A stretch of DNA of 20,000 nucleotides from an uncultured virus (IMG/VR IMGVR_UViG_3300025154_000083) (IMGVR_UViG_3300025154_000083:47214-67213), one strand, 5' to 3'. Shown: positions 6,745-15,892, numbered from the stretch's first letter. The notes: generated by a model not told the origin, from the sequence alone. Translations and numbers: made by a program.

Positions 6745-7464
6745 TCAATCCACGATCCAGGGCTCCACCCTCCTGAAAAGCCCGGTCAGTAGATCGACAT
6801 CCCACTTATTGTAAAGAAGGATATCTTCATACATTCCCTCAAGGTATGCCGGGTAAACCTTGCTCCCATCCCACCCAGTCGGTTTTGCTCCCACCCCGAA
6901 GTAGGCGCACCAGTATTCCATTTTCTTTAAGATGGGCTTGTTTGAAAAGGGAGTTTTCATTCCCAGGGAAAGCTCGACATCAACATGCGCCTTGTTTTCG
7001 AGGCGAGTGTCCACGAGCTTTTGGTACATGGACGGCTTGACTGCCGCGACGTCGAGCATCATGGAGCGCCGGTGCATGACCTGGCAATCAAACGTTTTGC
7101 CATTGTAGGAAACAAGCGTGATCCCAGATTGCATAGCCTCGCGCATCCAGTCCCACGCCGCAATGAGGAGCTTCTTTTCTTCTTCCTCGTTCGTGGCAAA
7201 AAGCTCCAGGTACTCCTCGCTCTTCGAATCATACCCCACGAAAGAGCAGGGCCGGCAGAACTCGGGCTTGACCCCCAGGTCCTTCTTGGACTTCTCCCTG
7301 AACTTGTCGCGCTCGGCGTTGATCTTTTTTTGCGCAGCATCGGGTCCCCAATTGGCGGGGATGGCCACCTCTGCCGGGTCGAACACGGGGAGACATTCCT
7401 CGGGGATGTTATCCGCTGGAATCGTTTCCGCATCAAAACTGCGAATGTGCATGAGGTCTGACAT
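6745..7464 (-). CDS. DEDD-type 3'-5' exonuclease (PolB-exonuclease / RNase H-like fold)
   Basis: ExoI FDAET, ExoII SYNGKTFD, HVDV, ExoIII YNKWDV. An AAGGAG RBS precedes the ATG at 7464. Confidence 0.85.
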   Translation of the reverse strand: MSDLMHIRSFDAETIPADNIPEECLPVFDPAEVAIPANWGPDAAQKKINAERDKFREKSKKDLGVKPEFCRPCSFVGYDSKSEEYLELFATNEEEEKKLLIAAWDWMREAMQSGITLVSYNGKTFDCQVMHRRSMMLDVAAVKPSMYQKLVDTRLENKAHVDVELSLGMKTPFSNKPILKKMEYWCAYFGVGAKPTGWDGSKVYPAYLEGMYEDILLYNKWDVDLLTGLFRRVEPWIVD

Positions 7465-7469
7465 TTTGA

Positions 7470-7847
7470 TTATTCTCCTTTCTCGGAATTCTTTTTCGTA
7501 CCATCTTTCTCGCGCTCCAGCACGGCCCATCCCTGCTTTTCAAAAGTCAAAACATACCCGTCCAGGACGGTGATGATTTTATGCGGATCAAGCTGAAATG
7601 TGATCTTCTTGTCTTCTCCGCCTGTCGCGCCCATCGCCGTGAAGCACGCACCAAAACCGGCACCGTATGCTTCATGTCGAGATGACTCCATGGCTGCGGC
7701 ATGTTTTGACGTGAGGGTGGAAAGTTCCTCCTCGTGGTCCGCCATGATCATCCATGTGGAGAGACTCATCGACACAAAGAATGACAACGCTGAAATCCAA
7801 AGCAAGTAAATCGGAACTGGACTCATGAAAAGCGTTTTTACTTTCAT
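7470..7847 (-). CDS. Hypothetical membrane-anchored protein
   Basis: N-terminal hydrophobic stretch PIYLLWISALSFFVSMSLSTWMIM; AAGGAG RBS; tightly packed in the operon. Confidence 0.7.
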   Translation of the reverse strand: MKVKTLFMSPVPIYLLWISALSFFVSMSLSTWMIMADHEEELSTLTSKHAAAMESSRHEAYGAGFGACFTAMGATGGEDKKITFQLDPHKIITVLDGYVLTFEKQGWAVLEREKDGTKKNSEKGE

Positions 7848-7852
7848 TGCGG

Positions 7853-9688
7853 CTACTCTCCTTTCTCGGAATCAGCAGTCTTCCGGCTCAACCTCGGGGG
7901 AAGCTCGGAGCCTTGAAGGGAAGGGGGTGTTTTCTTGTCCGTTGAACCCAGAAAAGCAGGGGACGACAGATCATTATCAGACGAAGTTTTCAGCGATGCG
8001 GCAACCATTTCTTCGCTGAATGGATCGCTGGCCCCCTCTTCCCATCCGCCTTCTTCCTCGTCAGTCTTTCCATTCCCGGCCCCACCTTCCTCCCCGCCCT
8101 TCTTTTTGCTTCCACCCTTCCCCCGCTTCTTACGCTTATCCTCCAGCGCCTCCGGCTTTTCCGGCCTTCCCTCGACCGGCACGCCATTCACGGCGACCAC
8201 TTCCCCCTCCACCAAGTGCCATCCGTTCTCTTCCGGCTGCTCGGCGACCTTCGTCACAATGATATGTGCCCCGATCTTCGCGGCCCACTCCCGGAGCACT
8301 CGCTGGCTATCCAGGTCCAGCTCGGCCCACGCCTTGTCGATGGTCAGCAATCCAATGTCAGGGTGGGACGCCATGCACACGGCGCAACCCACGTGGATCT
8401 GCTCGGCGCCGGATGCCAGGGAGAGAGGATGACCATTGTACGTGACGACACCCTCGTCAAAGCCCAGCCCGAGAACCGGCATGCCGGCGGCCTCGATCAG
8501 CTCACCCTTGTAGTTTTTGAGTGCTGCCATGCGGTCGGTGTAGGATTGCGAAACGGCGCGCTGCGTTTCGAGGGAGGTCGTCGACGCTTTCCATGAAGTA
8601 ATGGCGTTGAAGGTCTTGTTGGTGGCGTCGGCCGTGGATATGCGGGTGTCGACGTCCTGGAAGAGTGGAGTGAGGTCTTCGAGGGTGGTGAGGTGCTGTT
8701 CCATGGCCGCATGCTCATTTAGCATATTGGTAACTTCGATACGATGCGCTTCTTGTTCTGTTTTCATGACATCCAACGCTCGTTGTAGATCTGCAATTTG
8801 CTCTGCGATGTCTTGCATACTAAATTCACGCTCATTAATTCTGCGTTCTTGCGCTATAATCAATGTCTGGTAGTCTCTGGCCTTCTTCCGCTCATCGTCC
8901 TGCGCCGTCCTCCTCTCTTCCAGCGCCTTCCGCTCTTCAAACAAATCCTTGACCTTGACCTCCTCGACGCTCTCCCACCCTTCAGGCGGCGTAAAGCTGG
9001 CCTTCACCCCTTCAAGGCGCTTCACTTCGGCATTCACTTCCTTCCTGAGCTCGAAGAGCTTCTTGTGTGCCCGGTCGAAGGCTCCCACGGAATCACGCAG
9101 GTGCTCGGCCTTGACGCCGGTAAATCCGGATCGCTTCATGAATTCATCGGGATCCGGGCGAAAGGTGATGAGGCGCTGGAGGGTCTCTATCTTCTCGGAC
9201 TCACTCAGGCGGTTGAAGGCGATGGGGTCCTGGACGTTCTCACCGAGCCTTGAGGAGAGGAACTCCTGCGGCGACGGAGCGATGAAGCCGCCCTTGCCGA
9301 TAATGGAAAGCGTGGTGGTATATCCTCCGGATGGAGATCCGTCTTTCCCTTCCTTGCGATTGATCACGCGCTTCACCAGATAATCCCCGAAGTCGATCAA
9401 CCCCTCGGCCCGGTCGGTGCCGTCCCGGATGATGTCAGCGGAGATGTGTTTCTCGCCAAGCAGCATTCCCCACAGGCACTCGAGGAGGGAGCTTTTGCCT
9501 TGGCGGTTTTTGCCCGTGAGCAAGACTATGGGGTCGGAGGGATCGGGGCGGATGTCCACGACCTTGAGCTTCTTGAAGTTCTCGGCGTAGATCTGGACTA
9601 CGCGGAGAGGGGTGGGGAGGGGCGCGGTGGTGGTGGTTGAAGCAGGATTGTCTTTCATTTCTTCATTGTCTTGTGTCTTATTTGGCAT
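7853..9688 (-). CDS. SbcC/Rad50/SMC-like ABC ATPase with coiled coil
   Basis: IYAENFKKLK start motif, Walker A GKNRQGKSS, long heptad region, signature ASGAEQ, Walker B-like LLTIDK...ELD. An AAGGA RBS precedes the ATG at 9688. Confidence 0.88.
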   Translation of the reverse strand: MPNKTQDNEEMKDNPASTTTTAPLPTPLRVVQIYAENFKKLKVVDIRPDPSDPIVLLTGKNRQGKSSLLECLWGMLLGEKHISADIIRDGTDRAEGLIDFGDYLVKRVINRKEGKDGSPSGGYTTTLSIIGKGGFIAPSPQEFLSSRLGENVQDPIAFNRLSESEKIETLQRLITFRPDPDEFMKRSGFTGVKAEHLRDSVGAFDRAHKKLFELRKEVNAEVKRLEGVKASFTPPEGWESVEEVKVKDLFEERKALEERRTAQDDERKKARDYQTLIIAQERRINEREFSMQDIAEQIADLQRALDVMKTEQEAHRIEVTNMLNEHAAMEQHLTTLEDLTPLFQDVDTRISTADATNKTFNAITSWKASTTSLETQRAVSQSYTDRMAALKNYKGELIEAAGMPVLGLGFDEGVVTYNGHPLSLASGAEQIHVGCAVCMASHPDIGLLTIDKAWAELDLDSQRVLREWAAKIGAHIIVTKVAEQPEENGWHLVEGEVVAVNGVPVEGRPEKPEALEDKRKKRGKGGSKKKGGEEGGAGNGKTDEEEGGWEEGASDPFSEEMVAASLKTSSDNDLSSPAFLGSTDKKTPPSLQGSELPPRLSRKTADSEKGE

Positions 9689-9923
9689 TTTCGGTTTTCC
9701 TTTCTTCAAGTCGCGTCTTGATGAATCCGTAGACCTTGGAAGACATGAGCCGCTCCAGCCTGGAGATGATGGCATACTCCGTGCGGCCATGCTTTCCCAC
9801 TGCATCATCCAGAAAGGCGAGGAAGGCGACGGTCAATTCCATGTCTTCCTTGTCGGTCCATGGCTGGCCTTTCTTAATGGAACGTGTTGAAGGTTTGATG
9901 TCGTAGTCGTCCGCATCCATCAT
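9678..9923 (-). CDS. Small Myb/HTH-like protein
   Basis: GQPWTDKEDMEL...HGRTEYAIISRL pattern; ATGA overlap with the upstream stop at 9920-9922. Confidence 0.65.
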   Translation of the reverse strand: MMDADDYDIKPSTRSIKKGQPWTDKEDMELTVAFLAFLDDAVGKHGRTEYAIISRLERLMSSKVYGFIKTRLEERKTENAK

Positions 9924-10669
9924 GACCCTTGCCCTTCTCTCCACAAAACAGGCACCGTATCAGGGTTGGGACATCGAAACGACCACCACCAGATTTCTCT
10001 GCGCTCCAAAACAAGACAATAGCCACCAGACAAGAAAGGACACATGAAAATCAACGCTCGATTCTCGCTTGATATTTTGTACATACCAAAGCGATTTCTA
10101 GCTGATTCAATGCCATTAGTCTTCCACTCCCGAAAGACCATGGGAGCCAAGTCTATCGCATCGGATAGGTCTGAAAGACACATTAAGTCGCCTATTTTTG
10201 CCCCGTTGAGGGATGCCCCGTCGAGGGATGCCCCGTCGAGGAATGCCCCGTTGAGGGATGCCCCGTTGAGGGATGCCCCGTTGAGGGATGCCCTGTTGAG
10301 GAATGCCCCGTTGAGGAATGCCCCGTTGAGGGATGCCCTGTTGAGGGATGCCCCGACGAGGGATGCCCCGACGAGGGATGCCCCGTTGAGGGATGCCCCG
10401 ACGAGGGATGCCCCGACGAGGCATCCCCCGACGAGGGATGCCCTGTTGAGGGATGCCCTGTTGAGGGATGCCCCGTTGAGGAATGCCCCGTTGAGGGATG
10501 CCCCGTCGAGGAATGCCCCGTTGAGGGATGCCCTGTTGAGATTGACTTTTAATCTTACAGCCAGTTCAAGCGCGGCTTTTAAGGCATAACGCTCATTGCT
10601 TACATCTACTTCTGTCTCGAAAAGCACGGAAGCATCAAACCAAGATTTGATCTGTGTCAATACCTTCAT
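9920..10669 (-). CDS. Pentapeptide repeat protein
   Basis: 23 consecutive xL(N/D/V)(G/R)A pentapeptides; N-terminal IKSWF...VLFE...LKAALELAV as in phage pentapeptide proteins; AGGAG RBS. Confidence 0.93.
   Translation of the reverse strand: MKVLTQIKSWFDASVLFETEVDVSNERYALKAALELAVRLKVNLNRASLNGAFLDGASLNGAFLNGASLNRASLNRASLVGGCLVGASLVGASLNGASLVGASLVGASLNRASLNGAFLNGAFLNRASLNGASLNGASLNGAFLDGASLDGASLNGAKIGDLMCLSDLSDAIDLAPMVFREWKTNGIESARNRFGMYKISSENRALIFMCPFLSGGYCLVLERREIWWWSFRCPNPDTVPVLWREGQGS
10199..10543. repeat. 15-bp tandem repeat, 23 units (consensus TGCCCCGTTGAGGGA), coding for the pentapeptide repeat
   Basis: Directly visible near-identical 15-mers without spacers. Confidence 0.97.
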
Positions 10670-10684
10670 TGAGCATTCTCCTCT

Positions 10685-10951
10685 TTATTGCCAATCATCA
10701 TCTTCGTTATTGTCGTTGTTTCCATCCCTTCCGTTCCCGCCCTTCCACTTCCCCTTATCCTCATCCAACTCCCCATGCCTCTCCCGGTAGGCAAGCTCCG
10801 TCTGGATGGCCTTGATGGCGCGGTCGTTGCCGTTGGCCGGGTCGCAGAACCACGATTGCTCCAGGAGCCACTCGAGGTAGCTACGCGGGATGTCCTCGAC
10901 GGGCTTGCCCTTGTGGGCTTTGAAGGGGCAGGTCCAGAGTGATTGTGCCAT
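10685..10951 (-). CDS. Small protein resembling the exonuclease X C-terminal / DUF3820 domain
   Basis: CPFKAHKGKPVEDIPRSYLEWL matches the PFGKHKG..I.DIP..YL.WL pattern; AGGAGGAG RBS; acidic tail. Confidence 0.8.
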   Translation of the reverse strand: MAQSLWTCPFKAHKGKPVEDIPRSYLEWLLEQSWFCDPANGNDRAIKAIQTELAYRERHGELDEDKGKWKGGNGRDGNNDNNEDDDWQ

Positions 10952-11023
10952 GGTGATAAGCTCCTCCTTTCATAAGATTGTATTTTTTCGTGTTTCGCAG
11001 AATTGCAATTCCAATGCTTCGCG

Positions 11024-11356
11024 CTACTCCTCCAACTCCACCCGCAACCTCACCCTTGCCCGCGCCTCGCCGTTCCGAACGCTCAGCCGGTTTAGCTTGC
11101 GTTTGAGCTCGTGGTAGATCTCCATGCCGAAGAGATCAGCGAAGGAGTCTTCGTGGAGGGCTACGAAGTCTTCTGTAGGGTCGGGCTGATTGTCCGGATG
11201 ACGCATCGGGTCGTATTTTGCCCCATAGCCAGCAACACTCTTCGCGGCATTCTCCCTTCCAAGGTGGACGAGGTTGCCGTGGAGGGTGGCGATTATGGTG
11301 ATGGGGTCGGGGGTGAGGCGTGGCGGTGGCATTATGCTCGTCTTAATGGGTGGCAT
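11024..11356 (-). CDS. Hypothetical protein
   Basis: Co-oriented ORF with an AAGGAG RBS. Confidence 0.65.
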   Translation of the reverse strand: MPPIKTSIMPPPRLTPDPITIIATLHGNLVHLGRENAAKSVAGYGAKYDPMRHPDNQPDPTEDFVALHEDSFADLFGMEIYHELKRKLNRLSVRNGEARARVRLRVELEE

Positions 11357-11492
11357 GGCTTGACTCCTTCTTTTTTAGACTTAAAATCCAATTCCACAAA
11401 AATTCATTAACTTTTCCCTCTGACTTTCCCCTCCATTTTCAAACAATCCACAAACCCGCATGGCTACAACTTGAAAACGACTTCATGACATC

Positions 11493-12065
11493 TCACTCCT
11501 TGAACTTTGCCAGCTTTCCGGCGGCGTGAAAGATCTCATGGCAGTCAGAGCACAAAACCACCAAGTCGGTGAGTAACTCATGAAAAATCCGCTCATAGGT
11601 TCGGTGATGAACATTCAAACCCTTCCCGCCCGCTAGATTTTGAGCGTTGCAGACTTGGCATCGATACTCGGCCTCCTCGAGCTTTGCGCCTCTTACCGCG
11701 GACCACTCGGGGGACATGAGGTATTCATGGTAGATTTGGCGTCTGGTCTTGGGCGGAGGAGGCTGCGACAAAGACTGCGGGGCGGATTGAGAAATAATAA
11801 TTTTGTTCCTTGCCCCCAAAATTACGTATTGAGACCAGCCGAATAACGTACCAACAAGATCTTCCCACTGGCCTTCGGTTATCTCTGATTCATTAATATA
11901 ATGTGTTATCTCATTGAGATTATTGTCGATAACAGAAATCCACGCATCTCTTTCCCTGGATCTTTTATTTTCTTCCAGACATTTTATGAAATCATAATCG
12001 TCATGGACCTTCTTTTCGTGTGGACTTTCTTCCCTGCCCATTTGAATCAATTCATCAAGCGTCAT
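11493..12065 (-). CDS. HNH endonuclease domain protein (Zn-binding type)
   Basis: YHEYLMSPEW..VR......YRCQVC...LNVHHRTYE......DLVVLCSDCHEIFH; AAGGAG RBS. Confidence 0.88.
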   Translation of the reverse strand: MTLDELIQMGREESPHEKKVHDDYDFIKCLEENKRSRERDAWISVIDNNLNEITHYINESEITEGQWEDLVGTLFGWSQYVILGARNKIIISQSAPQSLSQPPPPKTRRQIYHEYLMSPEWSAVRGAKLEEAEYRCQVCNAQNLAGGKGLNVHHRTYERIFHELLTDLVVLCSDCHEIFHAAGKLAKFKE

Positions 12066-12098
12066 CCCGATTTCTCCTTTTCTCTAAAAAGTTTCTTC

Positions 12099-12127
12099 AT
12101 TGAAACATGGCTCAAAAGAGAATGCAA
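12099..12127 (-). promoter_or_regulatory. Possible leftward sigma70-type promoter
   Basis: TTGCAT-17 bp-TTCAAT with a TG extension, upstream of the first leftward gene. The -10 match is weak. Confidence 0.35.
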
Positions 12128-12176
12128 GGAAATTTTCACATGGGCAACAAAAAAATAATTCCCAATGAGAAATGAT

Positions 12177-12204
12177 TTGACAAGCTGGTTGAAGTCGCTA
12201 GAAT
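12177..12204 (+). promoter_or_regulatory. Rightward sigma70-type promoter
   Basis: TTGACA-16 bp-TAGAAT, followed by a GGAGG RBS and the ATG at 12226. Confidence 0.75.
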
Positions 12205-12225
12205 TGCGATGGAGGTTAAAATATC

Positions 12226-12411
12226 ATGCCAAAAGTCCCAATGAAGATGATTCCAAAGAAAACCATACGAGCGGCAGTAACGAAGGCCGGGAGTCTCGTG
12301 GCCCTGGCTGCCGTACTGGGTAAGAATCGCAGATCTATCTATGTTTATCTGGCAAAAAGGAAAGCTCCTGTTTCGGTTATAGAGCAAATTAACGCATTTC
12401 TTGGCCGCTAA
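12226..12411 (+). CDS. Cro-like HTH transcriptional regulator
   Basis: 61-aa basic protein with the pattern IRAAVTKAGSLVALAAVLGKNRRSIYVYL; first gene after the divergent promoter. Confidence 0.75.
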   Translation: MPKVPMKMIPKKTIRAAVTKAGSLVALAAVLGKNRRSIYVYLAKRKAPVSVIEQINAFLGR

Positions 12412-12429
12412 GCACGGGAGCATTCCATT

Positions 12430-15348
12430 ATGGCTCACAAGCTCTTCGATGAAGTGAAGGCTGCTTCGGATTGTCGAGAATTGATCCGCCGCTTTTGGCC
12501 CGATCATTTCAAGGAAGTCGGAAATATCAAGTGTCCCTTTCATGGCGATTCCGGCCCGTCCATGTCGATCAAAAAGGAATTTGCCGTTTGCCACGGAGCT
12601 TGTCAAAAGTCGTGGAGCGCCATTGATTTGTATCAGGAGCATCATGGAAAGACGGGATGCTCCAAGAAAGAATTGATGGAGTTGGTCAAGGAGATGGCGC
12701 GGGAGCTTGGCTTTCCAGATTACGACAAAACTCCGACTCCCGGACACGCTGCAAGCAGAACATCATCCCCACCAACATCAGCCACCCTCAAGAACCGTTG
12801 GACAAAGTTCTGGGAAACTCCACTCTCCGAGAAAGCCAGGGAATACCTTGAAAAAGAACGTGGCATACCCAGAGATATCATTGATGAGTTGAACAAGAAC
12901 TATCTTATTGGATTTCAGCCAAGTTTTGGAGAGCATGGAGCCATCGAGTTTCCAGTTCTTGACTGGCACAAGAAAACACTTCTGTCTATTCAGCATGTTC
13001 CTGTTGGTGGTGGAGATAAGAAGTTTGTCAAGGGCGCATCCCCAAAAGACGGATTCTTCAAGCATGGGAACGGAGGAGACTACTGTGTTATTTCAGAAGC
13101 CGTGATTGATTCCCTTTCAATATACGCCGCATGTAGAAGCCAGATATTTCTCGATTCTGTTTCCATCTATTCTTCCGGAACATTTCAAAAGGTCAAGTTG
13201 ATCCCTGGAAGCGTTCCTATTTTCTTTTTGGATGACGATCCAAGCGGCATCACCAACACGGTTCGGGCGCTACGAATGCTTGGTCCTGGAAGGGGGAAGT
13301 CCGTTGACTGGAGTCTTGCCGAGAAGGATAGTGGGAGTGGCGGTGAGGATGGAGCAACGTACCGCAGGGCAGCAAAAGACACCAATGATTTATGGAAGGC
13401 TGGCAAGGGAGATGTCATCCTTAGGATGGTAAAGGGGGCCACGGGGAGCAGGGATGAAGACGGCTTAAAGGCAAGGTTGCTGTCTCTCGTGGATCGGGCA
13501 AGACAGAAAATACTCCATAAAGAATATAAGAAAGAGGATGACCGCGACAAGGACCTCATTGTTTTGGACAGGCTTGAAGCCGAGGTAAAGGCGCCGCCGA
13601 CGGAAAAGGCAAAGAAAGACCCGTCCCAGCGCGAGGAAGCAATTAGCATCACAAAAAAAGATGGGGCCTACTGGAAAACAGAGTACACTGCGACCGGCCC
13701 AGCCCCAAAGAAGATATCGAATTTTACCCTCTCCATCCTTCGCAACTTTTCTTCCCCCTCCGGGATGACCCGCCTCATCAAAATCACCCACGAAAACGGA
13801 TTCTCGGCTGAATCGGAGGTGTCCTCCACGATCATGGTGTCCCGGCAGACATTCGCCGCGTGGATTCTCGGGCAAGGGAACTTCCTCTTCAAGGGGACGC
13901 AAGCCGACCTCGAGAAGATGTGGGAGCTTGAGCTCGACGCCAATGACGGGAAGATCATTTATCGGCCGGACCATATCGGGTGGGTGCCAAGACAGGGCCT
14001 GTGGTTGTTCGGGGACTGCGCCGTGAAGGATGGAGACGTATTTGAGCCGGATACGGACGGCATCTATTGGGTGGATGAATCCGGGTATCAGCCCATGGCA
14101 ATCGATCTTTCCGAGACAAAGGAAGAGATTTGCAGTTCTGTCCCATCCCTTGAGTGGAGGGTGTCCGCGGAGGTATCCGAAAAGGCCAGGAAGGGGATAG
14201 TTGAAAAGCTCAAGCAGAACCTTGGGGGGTTCGAGGCGTATCTTGCCCTTGGGTTCGTGGCCGGCTGCGCGTACCTGGATGAGATTTTCCGGGAGTACAA
14301 GTTTCCCATCCTCTTCATCTTCGGTCGGCGCCAGTGCGGAAAGAACACCCTGGCCAACACGCTCATGTCTCATTGGGGACTCGGAGAATGGTCGAGTGAT
14401 AACGTGGTATCGATCACCAAGGCCGCGCTCTCGCGCAAGCTGGCGTACTATAGCAACATCCCCGTGTGGGTGGATGAGTACAGGTCCGGAGATCCCAAGT
14501 GCCAGGAAAAGGATTCACTGCTGAGATCCGCATACGACCGGGTGGGCGGGAGCAAGGGAACGTTGGGACCAGGGGTATTGAGCCCGAAGGTGCGGGCTCC
14601 GCTTATCGTCACTGGAGAGGGGTTCCCGTCGGACTCCGCGCTGACTTCCCGGTGTGCCATGATCCAGCTCAGCGAGATACGGAGGAAGGACGACCTTTAT
14701 AGTGACATCAGGGATTACATGCCGAACCTGAGTGCCGTGTTTCTCTCTTTTCTAAGAAGCAAAACGCCGGGCAAGGCCAAGAAACTCTTGGAGCAGATCG
14801 AAAAATCAAAGAAGTGGCTTGAAGGGAAGGGCATGGACCCTAGGCTTTCCAGTGTATATGCCACGCTCAGCACGTCATTCTTGCAGACCTATTATCCGGA
14901 GATTGACAGAGGCGAGGCCGAATTATTCAGGGACTGGATTCTCAAAGAAGCCCATGTCATGAAGGCAGAGAAGGAAGAGAAGCTCCTCACGCATGAATTT
15001 CTGTATGACATGGAGGTGCTCAGGGCCCGTGGAATATTGAATGGATCGCATGTTGAGATTGAGAGGAAAGTGGTTGATGGATACATGACTCCCAGCCTCG
15101 TGTTTATTTGGCTCAAGGCTGTTTACAACATCTGGGCGGAAGACAGGAAGAGACGTGGAGAATCGGTATGGTCATATCAGGATCTCCAGAAATATTTCAG
15201 GGAAGAGCCATATTTTGTCGAGGATTCCAAGCTCAAAAAGATCAATCTGATACCAAGGAGATCCCTTGTTTTTGCATGGGATAAAATTCCGATTGACATC
15301 CAGGAGGTTTTTAATGCAGGATGGAAAAATAAAGAGAAAACCTCTTAG
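12430..15348 (+). CDS. DNA primase-helicase (CHC2 zinc finger, TOPRIM, C-terminal P-loop NTPase)
   Basis: CPFHGD..PS...CHGAC; EYLEKERGI; SEAVIDSLS; LDDDPSG; KDTND; Walker A GRRQCGKNT; Walker B VWVDEY. Confidence 0.9.
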   Translation: MAHKLFDEVKAASDCRELIRRFWPDHFKEVGNIKCPFHGDSGPSMSIKKEFAVCHGACQKSWSAIDLYQEHHGKTGCSKKELMELVKEMARELGFPDYDKTPTPGHAASRTSSPPTSATLKNRWTKFWETPLSEKAREYLEKERGIPRDIIDELNKNYLIGFQPSFGEHGAIEFPVLDWHKKTLLSIQHVPVGGGDKKFVKGASPKDGFFKHGNGGDYCVISEAVIDSLSIYAACRSQIFLDSVSIYSSGTFQKVKLIPGSVPIFFLDDDPSGITNTVRALRMLGPGRGKSVDWSLAEKDSGSGGEDGATYRRAAKDTNDLWKAGKGDVILRMVKGATGSRDEDGLKARLLSLVDRARQKILHKEYKKEDDRDKDLIVLDRLEAEVKAPPTEKAKKDPSQREEAISITKKDGAYWKTEYTATGPAPKKISNFTLSILRNFSSPSGMTRLIKITHENGFSAESEVSSTIMVSRQTFAAWILGQGNFLFKGTQADLEKMWELELDANDGKIIYRPDHIGWVPRQGLWLFGDCAVKDGDVFEPDTDGIYWVDESGYQPMAIDLSETKEEICSSVPSLEWRVSAEVSEKARKGIVEKLKQNLGGFEAYLALGFVAGCAYLDEIFREYKFPILFIFGRRQCGKNTLANTLMSHWGLGEWSSDNVVSITKAALSRKLAYYSNIPVWVDEYRSGDPKCQEKDSLLRSAYDRVGGSKGTLGPGVLSPKVRAPLIVTGEGFPSDSALTSRCAMIQLSEIRRKDDLYSDIRDYMPNLSAVFLSFLRSKTPGKAKKLLEQIEKSKKWLEGKGMDPRLSSVYATLSTSFLQTYYPEIDRGEAELFRDWILKEAHVMKAEKEEKLLTHEFLYDMEVLRARGILNGSHVEIERKVVDGYMTPSLVFIWLKAVYNIWAEDRKRRGESVWSYQDLQKYFREEPYFVEDSKLKKINLIPRRSLVFAWDKIPIDIQEVFNAGWKNKEKTS

Positions 15349-15393
15349 AAAATTGAATACTTATGATTAGTTATCAAGCGACATAAATCCGCT

Positions 15394-15763
15394 GGTAACA
15401 GCAGGGGGACTACTGTTACCTTACTGTTACCGATCTGTTACCGAAAAAAACAAAGCAAAAACATATAGTTAAATCCATCAGTAACAGAGTAACAGCGATT
15501 CCCGAAAAACACCCTTACCAAAAGAATCCAGATCAAGAAGAAAAATTCAAAGAAGGTCGGTTTGGATTTTTTCTTTGCGTGGAGCTCCAAAAATTTTGGA
15601 TGATATGATTTTTGCTGTTACCTGGCATTTTGCTGTTACCGAGGCCTTTGCGACAGGGATTTGATGGCCCCCTATATATATATTTTATTAATAAATACAA
15701 TAATATAATATAAGGGGGCTTTTCATTTTGTGTGGTAACAGCGCGGTAACATCTCGGTAACAG
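15394..15763. repeat. Putative replication origin: CTGTTACC/GGTAACAG iterons around an AT-rich core
   Basis: CTGTTACC at 15413, 15424, 15435, 15615 and 15633. GGTAACA(G/T) at 15394, 15734, 15745 and 15756. AGTAACAG at 15480 and 15488. An almost pure A/T tract (15673-15713) is bracketed by GCCCCCT/AGGGGGC. The region lies directly downstream of the primase-helicase. Confidence 0.85.
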
Positions 15764-15855
15764 TTGAAGTAAAAATGATGGATAAAAGTCTATAGATCGG
15801 CATGGATTCTAAGTTTTCGTGTGTTACTTGACAGGTTTTGATACCCAAAAAACCG

Positions 15856-15883
15856 TTGACAATAATCAAAAACACACTATGAT
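15856..15883 (+). promoter_or_regulatory. Sigma70-type promoter
   Basis: TTGACA-16 bp-TATGAT, 9 nt before the ATG at 15893. Confidence 0.75.
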
Positions 15884-15892
15884 AAAGGCACT

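Noticed and set aside
2673..9890. Numerous plus-strand ORFs opposite recD2, the exonuclease and the ATPase
   Set aside because: These are antisense shadows of GC-rich coding sequence with no motifs of their own.
10199..10543. CRISPR array, or real genes in the alternative frames (RDAPL and GIPQR repeats)
   Set aside because: There are no spacers. The alternative ORFs are by-products of a stop-free 15-bp repeat; only the pentapeptide frame has an RBS and sensible flanking domains.
12136..15116. Minus-strand ORFs overlapping the Cro-like gene and the primase-helicase (e.g. 12136-12747, 13465-14373)
   Set aside because: They are antisense to well-supported genes and show no recognisable motifs.
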